From Podarcis tiliguerta (taxonomy: Eukaryota): DNA of 64,000 bases. The stretch lies in the NCBI GenBank assembly GCA_965153285.1, contig OZ229112.1. One strand, written 5' to 3'. Position numbers and translations under genes: made by a program. The notes under the pieces are model-generated. The model saw nothing but the letters and a program-made list of their open reading frames with translations, was not told the DNA's origin and made no database searches. Shown one piece after another: positions 51,055 through 60,468 of this stretch (position 1 is the stretch's first letter; the number at the start of each line of letters is the position of its first letter).

Positions 51055-52284
51055 CCATTTCCTATCCCAAAGGCTTGGGTTGGTCAAACACAAAACTGAG
51101 ATCCTTATTTGCATCTGAACTCCACAAAACCCTGTTCCTTGTTCTGGTGGTGCTTGTGGGGGTAGCTCTTAATGGTAGAGATATAATGAATTAGAAAATA
51201 GGGGAAAGAGCTAATCAATATTTATTATGTTGTGGTCTAAACAAGATTGTCATAATAAGCTCTGTCCCCCCCCTTTTTTTTTAATGCTTCATTGTTTCTT
51301 CACAGTCTCCTTTCTTCTCCTCAGTTCCCAACCTCCTTCCTGGAGTCTTCTAGTCTCCTGTGTGCATGGATAATGAGGGAGCTGCCGTTACCTACTTAAT
51401 AATCTTTGTAAAGCCCCAATTTATGCATAATTCTCGCTTTGGATTAAGTGGTGCACAGGTCTTTTCCTTTCCTTTACAGCTGTTAAGAGTAAAATAGGAC
51501 TTTTTTTTCTTATTCCTTTCTGGATCCTTAGTTTAATTATCACTTCTTAGTAACCAGAGAAGTATCAAGATTCAGGAAGGCTGAGATTGCAGAGTTGAAA
51601 GAGACCATTGTGAGTGAGCTGAGTTCAAGATGGGAGGGCAGCTGAATTCATTGCCTCTCGGGACTGTCTTTGTGGTGGGAAGTCACTTTTGTTCTCGAGG
51701 AAAATGCCAGGGGATGGCTGAGCCTGGCTGGTTTGAAAGGAGAGAAGAATGCCTCATAATTTATAAATTATTTATCATTCCTTCCTGTAGAAGAACCATT
51801 TGATGGCAATATCCCAGTAAAGCAGGTTGATTGAGTTAATTGAATCTGAGCGTAAGTGTGCAGGGCTCGATGACTTTTTTGTACCCTTTTTTAAGGTTCT
51901 TGCCACAGAACTAATGGAAGGAAGTGTAATTTCTAAAGACTTTGAAAGAGAGCTCTTGAAAGTACTAAAAGTTGGCAACCTCCCGCATGTGAGAAGGGGT
52001 TCAGTGTTTCCTAGGATCATACCCTTAAATAGTTTTCTTTTGCTGTATCATTCCATGTGTTTAGGGAATCTATAGACATAAATGCACCTATGCCAAGTGA
52101 AATGTGCCTGTTTTTAGTCCCTCAACCTGGCAAATGCTTTTGCTTTGTAAAGAGCCTTTCGAAGACCTAATCATTTTTATGTACACGCAGCATAAAATCT
52201 TTTAAATATATAGCAAAATCGAAAGCCCCAGTAAGTTCAGTGAGTCTGACTCTCAGATAAGTATGCATGTATTTTTTTTTTATT

Positions 52285-52450
52285 TAGGAGGTCATGGTGC
52301 TGCAAATAGTTCTGATTGTATCTTCGTCAGAAACATGTGAGGTAGGTTTGTCTGTGAAATAGTGACTGGCCCAAGGTCACCTAGCAGACCTCATGGTTGA
52401 GTGCTGATTTCACTCGTGTGACCTCCCTACACTTCACTACACTGGCTCTC
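52285..52450 (-). mobile_element. Degenerate Squam3/CORE-like SINE
   Basis: tgtgaggtagg...gtgactggcccaaggtcacc...cactacactggctctc. Confidence 0.65.
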
Positions 52451-54087
52451 AGCCTTAATTTGTAGATCTGTTTTTCCATTTGCCAGACACACTGAAAAAG
52501 CACAGATGTCTGTCTGTTATCAGTGTCTTCTTTTTTTGGCAGGGGGAGGACTTTTTCTTTTAGACTTCTAATGTTTGAACACACCTCCTTATCCCCCCCC
52601 CCCCCCAATGGATCTGGGAGCATAGATTTTCTGAGATTTCCACCACTGGTGTTTTGGGATTGGCCAGTTATGCAACTTTCTTGACTCCATAGTATGTATA
52701 TATTTTGATATAGCATTGACTAAACCTTGGAACAGCCTTCCATGAAATTTAGAAAAGGTTGAATCCAGCAGTTACGTTAATAGAACTTAATTTCAGAATC
52801 ACTGGGGCTAGACTGGTTGATTAGTGATAAATAGATAACTCAGGAACAGTTGGTTAATGTCTTCACCCTTGAACTTTTCCTGTAAAATTGAATTCTAAAA
52901 TGTCATTCATGTTACTTTTTAAAACCATATTCAGAATCATGTTTTGAACAGCAGCAATAGATAGTATAAAAGTTTTCAAATTCTTTACATGGTGCAAGAA
53001 CGATTCCTAAGGAGTCTTTGTAGCTTAATTTGAGGAGGGCGGAAGGATGCTTCCAGTTGTTTCATGGCTAAAATCCTTTAATGTGATTCTGATTGTCATG
53101 GACCAGGTCAACTGGAAACGTATATTCAAAGAGGGCAATACAATGGGCTGGGAGGATGGGTGGAATGCATGCTGCAGGCACACCACATAAAACTGACCAC
53201 TTATGCCTCTCCTGAAGTGTCAAGCAGTTCTATGTAACATGTACAAATCCTTAAAACTAGCAGCATTGCATTTGTAATTAACAGCTGAAATAAGTTTTGG
53301 TAATGACAACATCTGTACAGCTGAATAGAAACAGTCTGTTCTAACATCTCATCTCAAATGGTTAATTTTACTGATAGGAGAGTATTATGGTGAGCATACC
53401 TTCAAAGATTCAGTGTGTTTTGTTCACATTCCCCAAACCCTTTGGCCCCTTTCAAGGGTTTCTCCCCCACAGCACCATCTTGGAATTATTTATGTTACTG
53501 GGTTGCTGTTTGCTCGATAGCAGGATAGAGAGTTGAGGACAAGAGGATCTTCTTCCTCCTGACCATTTGCTCAGCTATGCACATAATCCGATCTAATGCT
53601 GGGTCACATACTTTTCTCTCTAGCAAATATTGTAAAAAAACAACAACCAAATTTGTGGCCTTATTGCATTCATTTTCCAAAGCAGCGTGTAAGAAAGGTT
53701 GCTATTATGCCTGTTGATAATGAAAATTGCACACGGAGATGAATTGCCCCCCAACTCAACAAGTGTGTTCCTACAGCTAAGAAGTCAAGGATTTGAACTC
53801 TGGTCTAAGTCCATTCCTTCAGAGCACATTGTTAGAACAATGTGGCTTAAGTGTACCACTTCTTTTTCTTAATCTTCTACCTGTGATTTAGCAAACAAGG
53901 CGCATAGGCGATTCAGCCTCATTTAATGCAAATATTAGTCTTCTTGCTTCATGATAGTGCTTCTGAAACCAGCATAGAAAAAACTATTCATGAAGTATTC
54001 CTTCAGCACAGAGAGAGTTGCATGCCAAAGATTAGATGGTAATCTTCTGTATAAATAAGGAAAGACAAATACAGCTGTTTTTATATA

Positions 54088-54329
54088 CAGTGGTACCTCG
54101 GGTTACATATGCTTCAGGTTACATACACTTCAGGTTACAGACTCTGCTAACCTAGAAATAATGCTTCAGGTTAAGAACTTTGCTTCAGGATGAGAACAGA
54201 AATCGCACGGCAGCAGCGCAGCAGCAGCAGGAGGCCTCATTAGCTAAAGCGGTGCTTCAGGTTAAGAACAGTTTCAGGTTAAGAACAGACTTCCGGAACG
54301 AATTAAGTACTTAACCCGAGGTACCACTG
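54088..54329. mobile_element. Tc1/mariner MITE, family A
   Basis: Perfect TIR CAGTGGTACCTCGGGTTA with TA TSD. Confidence 0.92.
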
Positions 54330-55819
54330 TATATGTTTTTTATCATTATTTTGACTGATATCATTTAAGTTTGACTAGAACCTATTGTTTACTGTTTAAC
54401 AATATTATAATCCTGTTTGTTTTGTATGTTTTGATACGTGTCTTTGAGTTAATGGAATGTTACATTTATTTAAGGTAAAAACATATTCAGACCTGCATGT
54501 AGTTCCCGTTTTTTTGTGCTGCATAGACTAGTGACAGGGGCCAATGAATCTGTGTGCTTTTATATTGTTTGACTTCTACAGCGATGCTCAACCAGATGAA
54601 ATCCTTTCCAGGCAATCAAATGAATGTGTGCAAATGATCATGGATTTGGAATTTAATGTCGCAATCCTATACATGTCCACTCAGATGGAAGTCCCCATTG
54701 AGTCTTCTCAGTTAGTAGGTATATAACTGCAACCTTAGCATTCTTATACTCCTTGGTAGTCAGTGGGTCTTGAGGAGTGCACTTCCTGAATCTAACTTCC
54801 CATTAATTTATGCTAAAAGTAGTTTGTGACATTAAATGCCAAAACTGCGTTCAATTTTCAGACCCTTCAGAACACACAACATTGTCAAACAGAACTATTT
54901 TTATTTCTCCTAGATGTCCTCTTGTAGAAAAGGTTTATGCATTTATTTTTTGTTCTGTGTACCAGTGATTTTTGAAAAAATCCACTGAGGCTGGGAATGT
55001 TTCCCAAGAGCACCTCCTTCTGCATGTGCTACTCCATAGATCTGAACCTATGTGGCCTCCTTTGGAAAAGACTGGGCAGGCAAGCCCCTGCTGTTGGGGT
55101 TTCTTTGGAGAAGTGAGAATTCCTTTCAATGTCAAGCCAAGACATTGCTTAGCCTTCCTTTGAAAGGGCAGACTGACTTCTTGAGCCTCAGCATTCTGTT
55201 GCAGGCATGCCCTGCTGAGCACATTGATGCTGTAGTTAGCATTTTTCTCTCCAAATATTGTAAATCATTTCTAATGGAAGGAGATAGATGTTTTCATTAC
55301 AAAGGCTCTTTGCCTAGCCCGTGAAAGAGATTTTTTTTTACTTACACGTCTAGGTAACGTGTTAAGCCATATAGGCTTAGTAATTAAAGTACTTTTTTGT
55401 AGCTTCCTTTAAGTTAGCTTTAACAAAGCATGTGAAAAAAAGAAAGAAAGAAAGAAAGATGGTGTGTGTAACCCTTCTTCTTTGCCACCAAATTTGTAGT
55501 TAATGGTGGGAAAGGGGGGGGGGGAGATGTATGACTCAAAAGCAAGGTGATGTGAAGGAAACCCCCGTCCCTGCATGTTGGGAACAATTAAAATGCAGTC
55601 CTTAAGAGCTTGCTAAGCATAAATATTGGGAAAGAGGGGGGCAGGTTTGGAAAGCAATAGTTGAAAGTCTCACTGTCCCACGCAAGTTAAATTCTGTATA
55701 TTCTTCGGAGAGGGTTATACAAAGCATGGCCATGAAAGCATCCACTTCATATTGTGTCCTGTGGAGGATTTTGAAGATCCTTTGAGAGTAATGGCAAGGG
55801 AAATCACTTAAAATTACTC

Positions 55820-56287
55820 ATCTTTCTTTGTGGAGTACAACCTGGCGTGGTAGGAAAGGGAGGGGGAAACTGTTGATTATTTGCTAGGGGGAGGGGACAG
55901 AGAGGGAGACATGCACGCATGAATGAATGAATGCTGAAGCAGAAATCTCCATCTTGCTTCCATGCAAACATGAACAAAGATTGGCTCCCCCCCCCCCCCC
56001 CGCGCGCTCTCTATGTTGTAACTGGCTGTTGCAGACACCCGCATTATGTTTCAGAAGGAAGCTTTCAGGTTCAAGGACTGTTAATGGTTTCTAATCGCTA
56101 GGACGTTCCCTGCAACTCCGAGCTTGCTCTTAAAGAAGAAACAAAAGGGGGGAGGGGTGGAAGCAGGAGGCAAAAAGTTAGTAGGGGTTGCAAGGACTGT
56201 TGGGGAAGCTCTGGAAATTAGTTTCTTGCATTGTACCCTTGCTTTCTATGGGATCCAAACTGCAGGAACACAGCAGGCTTTTCTGAA
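55820..56287 (+). promoter_or_regulatory. Putative promoter/5'UTR of the MVVF first exon
   Basis: G-rich boxes (GGGAGGGG), poly-C followed by CGCGCG near 56000, TE-free, directly upstream of the ATG. Confidence 0.5.
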
Positions 56288-56345
56288 ATGGTGGTGTTTA
56301 TCAATACAAAGCTCAAATCGTTAATCAAATTTTTCAAGAAAAAGA
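56288..56345 (+). CDS. NHSL1: NHSL1 alternative first coding exon (MVVFINTKLKSLIKFFKKK)
   Basis: gaaATGG strong Kozak; 19 codons + A|GTAAGT consensus phase-1 donor. Matches the recalled mammalian isoform start MVVFINAKIKSLIKLFKKKT. Confidence 0.92.
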
Positions 56346-58265
56346 GTAAGTAAATGTGGCTTTTAAATCTGTTTAGATATTTTGCAGAAAAGCTAAATCA
56401 TGTTGCACAAATTTTAAGTAATGTGCTTTAATTTATTGAATTGCATAGCATTTTTACTTTGCCATACTTTGGAGGGTGTAGCAGCAGTTTCTTTAAAGGA
56501 AACTGCTGAGCACCTGCACTTTTTGTTGTTGTAAACTTTTGAATCCCGAGTCTGCTAATTTTCTTTGGTCTTCCTGAGAAAAGTAGGGGCCCCTTTCATG
56601 CAATAAAATCATTGCAGAGCTTAAAGCTTTTGTTTAGGTAACTTGATGCAGGTAGTAGATTTGTGTGCTGTAATGTTTATCCAGCTAAAATCTTGTTGAG
56701 CCCTCGGCTCCACCAACTATTGTGGATGTTCAGAGCCAGCTACAGGCAGAAACCTCTGTCTGAATCCTTTCCTTTATTGCACTGGCGCAAACTTGCAACA
56801 AAACATTTTTTCTACAAACACCCAGAATGATTATTGGAACAGTTTTGAACAGCAAGCTGATCTTTCTTTAAGTTGCTACCAGTCTGCATGCATATTTTCT
56901 GTTAACAACGATACTCTTCCTCTTGCCCAAAACAAAATTTGGGGTTAAGAGCCTAGAGTCCTAGGTACTTATTGGGCGGGGGCAGGGGGGGGAGGCTCAA
57001 GATAATTCTGCATGTAGCATCTGTCACCTTCCCTGTAAGTTATTTCATCCCTGGCAGTAGTTTAATACAGCTTTAATTTTTTCTGGAAGGCTGAGAACGA
57101 TTGCATTTTCTGTTCATTATCTTTAGACTTTGACCTCTGATTAGGAAGGACAGCAACGACAGTCCTGTATCATGTCAGCATTATCTACCTTACCGCATGA
57201 AATGTTCCTGATCATTTTCAGTGTAATGAATGTGGGTGCCCATAAGAGTTCCTCAAGCACATCCTGCTGAGGATGTGCTTGATGAGTTCCAAGGGCAACA
57301 ATGTCATGTTCATGCTCTTCATAAAGGAGGGACCTGTACTTAGATATAGCATGGATATAGCAGGCATAAATAATACATAAGAACTAGTACATACAGTTGG
57401 CTCACTGTGGCAAAAGGCAATGATTCCCCCCCCCCATTATAAAATGTTTTTGTATTTACCTGCATACTTCTTTAGCATACAGAACTCTTATTGTGTAGGA
57501 GCATGTTCTGTGACCATTGTGTGCAATAGCAGGAGACATTGACTCTGTCTCGCAAGTGCCTCTCATCTTGAGACATCCTACATGTGGTTAAGTCCCCCTT
57601 ACCTGATATCTAAACGTTGAGGGCATTGCTGGTTTTTTTGAGCAGTTTGGACTTTGCAGAGGTAGTGCTGTTTTAACAAGGCAAATAATAAAGTTGAAAA
57701 ATCTCTTAATTCGGGGCAATAAAGGGATATGGTCTCAGTAATGAGCAACTAAGAGGCAATGGCAGGGCAGTGAGGTAGCGACTATGGTCTTGGGTAAGTT
57801 CACATAAACTTAACAAGTGCTTGGGGCGGGGGCGTGGAAGCACAGATGTAAGGTTTGTGCTTGGGAGAGCTAAGAGCAAAGAGAACATCATGTGGGCTGA
57901 AGGCCAAATACTGCCTGGGGGATAATACAGATCTCCCCTCCTTGACACACTTATCACTTTCCTTTATGGCCACCACAGAAAAAGGCAAAATTGACCATGG
58001 TGATGTAAGCATATGTGTGCTTTGATTTGGCACAAGTATTTCCAGGTATTTCTGTTAGGTGGTATGGGACAATATGAGGGTAGAAAGGAAGAACTTCTAC
58101 AAGAAACCAAAATGTCATCTGAAGGCAGCAAAAATGCCACTGTTCTGTTTTTGCAGTTTGCTATAGAAATATAATAATGCAACATTAGGAATTCAACCCA
58201 GGTTACTTACTGCATTTAGATTTAGAAATTGCGGGTGGTATTCCAACTAAGTGGGAGACCTATTT

Positions 58266-58346
58266 AAATTAATTAACTGGGGCATTTTGAGTACCACACT
58301 GCACTTTTCTCAGTGTGGTACTCAAAATGCCCCAGTTAATTAATTT
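58266..58346. repeat. Perfect 36-bp inverted repeat with 9-nt spacer
   Basis: aaattaattaactggggcattttgagtaccacactg-cacttttct-cagtgtggtactcaaaatgccccagttaattaattt. Confidence 0.97.
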
Positions 58347-58830
58347 TCTCCTTAAATTACAGTATTAGCAGCATCCTTTTCGTTTCTCTTCTAAGTCTTT
58401 CCTCATACCTTTATCATACAGTTACCCACTATACACCTTTTTTGTATAAGCAGGCCACAAGTAAGAACCCATTATACAGATAAGAAACAAAACCTATAGT
58501 AATTATCTGGGGTGATGTTTCCCATTTCGCCACCTGAGGTGAAACAGGAAAGTGTAACCCTACCCTGCTTCCACCAAAGCATCCCTTCCTTGGGTCATGT
58601 GGCAATGCACAGCAAGATATTGTGAGGTGTGGGCGAGATCGCGCCAGAAGCTGCCACTGCTGCTTCTCCACTGGTGGGCAGGAGAGCCACACACCTCCTT
58701 CCCAGAGCCTGGCACCTTTTAACTTGCTTTGGGAAGGCAGTGCAATGAGTGGGACTGGGCATCAAATTTTGGCTTCCTTCACCCCCATGATACAAGGCAG
58801 TGTATGGTCCATGGGTTCCCTGTTGAAGTA

Positions 58831-59057
58831 CAGTGGTACCTCAGGTTGCGTACTTAATTCGTTCCGGAGGTCCGTACTTAACCTGAAACTGTTCTTAACC
58901 TGAAGCACCACTTTAGCTAATGGGGCTTCCTGCTGCTGCTGCACCGCCGGAGCCCAATTTCTGTTCTTATCCTGAAGCAAAGTTCTTAACCTGAAGCACT
59001 GTTTCTGGGTTAGCGGAGTGTGTAACCTGAAGCGTATGTAACCTGAGGTACCAACTG
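58831..59057. mobile_element. Tc1/mariner MITE, family A (opposite orientation to 54088)
   Basis: TA|CAGTGGTACCTC...GAGGTACCAACTG|TA. Confidence 0.92.
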
Positions 59058-59177
59058 TACTCTTGTGGCCTACTTGGTATGAAAAGTTGGCGTGCCCTGA
59101 ACTGAGGTGTCATCGCTATGCTGTTGCTATCCAAATTGGATTATTGTTAACAAAGTCTAAATGGGCTTTGGAAATTA

Positions 59178-59406
59178 CAGTGGTACCTCGGGTTAAGAAC
59201 TTAATTCGTTCCAGAGGTCTGTTCTTAACCTGAAACTGTTCTTAACCTGAGGCACCACTTTAGCTAATGGATCCTCCTCCTGCTGCCGCTGCCCCATCAG
59301 AGCACGATTTCTGTTCTCATCCTAAAGCAAAGTTCTTAACCTGAGGTACTATTTCTGGGTTAGCAGAGTCTGTAACCTGAAGCGTCTGTAACCCGAGGTA
59401 CCACTG
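59178..59406. mobile_element. Tc1/mariner MITE, family A (same orientation as 58831)
   Basis: TA|CAGTGGTACCTCGGGTTA...TAACCCGAGGTACCACTG|TA. Confidence 0.92.
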
Positions 59407-59484
59407 TATTCAGAAACTTCAGTTGGTGCAAAAAGCAATGATAATACTGATTTATTACTTTACAGATCATTTCATTCCTATCTC

Positions 59485-59760
59485 TTCCATCTGCACTGGC
59501 TTCTAGTTTGTTTCTGATTACAATACAGTTCAGAGTTCTGGTTCTCATCTACACATCCCTAAATGGATTGGGACCAGGATATCTGAAGGACCACTGTCTC
59601 CCATGTGATTCTCTCTCACATGCATTCAGCATTGGAAGTCCTGCTATGTGTCATGCTGAGATCTTTGTATTTTGTAGAGCTTTCAGTTTGGGCCAATGTC
59701 TTTTATCCAGTTATACAAGCTTTCAGAGAAAATTAGAAATGGAATTGTTTCTGGAAAACT
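59485..59760 (+). mobile_element. Old L2 3' fragment
   Basis: IQFRVLVLIYTSLNGLGPGYLKDH resembles the L2 ORF2 C-terminus at 7790-7870. Confidence 0.65.
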
Positions 59761-60315
59761 TTCACGTGCAAATTAGAGTAAGTTGCACCATGATTTTTTT
59801 CCTGGTGCTTCAGAGAGTGATCTTAATTTTCATGTTTATTTTTCTTGTATGTGAGAAACAAAGCTAAAAACTTGGAAACTGCCTAATAATGAATCTGCAG
59901 TTGACACCCATTCATTGTTACTAATGAACTTACGTAATGTAAAATTTTCTGCAAAAAATAAAGCACTAAAGTTTCTGCCCATAGCTGAACGAGGAATCAA
60001 AGCCCGTTGATGAGCAGGGTTATTTGCAATCCTTGTGTGGTGCTTTCAAGTCACTTATTCTTCTCTCCCCCCCCCCCCCACAACAGACAACCTTTGACAG
60101 GCGGGGTAGGAGAGCCCACCTGTCAATCACCTCTCCTCATTATGACATCAGATGATTGACAGGTGTGTTATCCTACCCATCTGCTAAACATAGGCCATGG
60201 GGAGGGGGCTGATATCTGATCCGACAGAGCAAAATTCTCCCCCGCTCCTGTTGTAGAGCATAACTTCAGGTTAATAGCAGCATTCCTTTCTAATTTGACT
60301 CTCTCTTATTTACAG

Positions 60316-60468
60316 CTGTCTCCAATCTAGATGAAGAGAGCAGATGGACAGTCCATTACACTGCACCCTGGCATCAACAAGAGAATGTGTTTCTACCCAC
60401 CTCAAGGCCACCTTGTGTAGAGGATCTGCACCGCCAAGCCAAGCTGAACCTGAAGTCGGTACTAAGAG
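60316..60468 (+). CDS. NHSL1: NHSL1 common exon 2, (x)VSNLDEESRWTVHYTAPWHQQENVFLPTSRPPCVEDLHRQAKLNLKSVLR, C-terminal part of the Scar/WAVE-homology region
   Basis: Polypyrimidine tract + tttacAG acceptor; 153 nt, phase 1 to phase 1; donor GAG|GTAGGA. The peptide is near-identical to recalled NHSL1 (NHS itself reads VSNLDIESKLSVYY). Absent from the ORF track in this frame. Confidence 0.96.

Noticed and set aside
54544-54726. 60-aa ORF with phase-1 TAG|GTATAT as a first exon
   Set aside because: The 3' half derives from a common palindromic repeat (gcaatcctatacatgtccactcag) and the donor is weak.
56482-56508. Short near-palindrome cagcagtttctttaaaggaaactgctg downstream of the MVVF donor
   Set aside because: A 10-bp stem is too short to distinguish from chance without conservation data.
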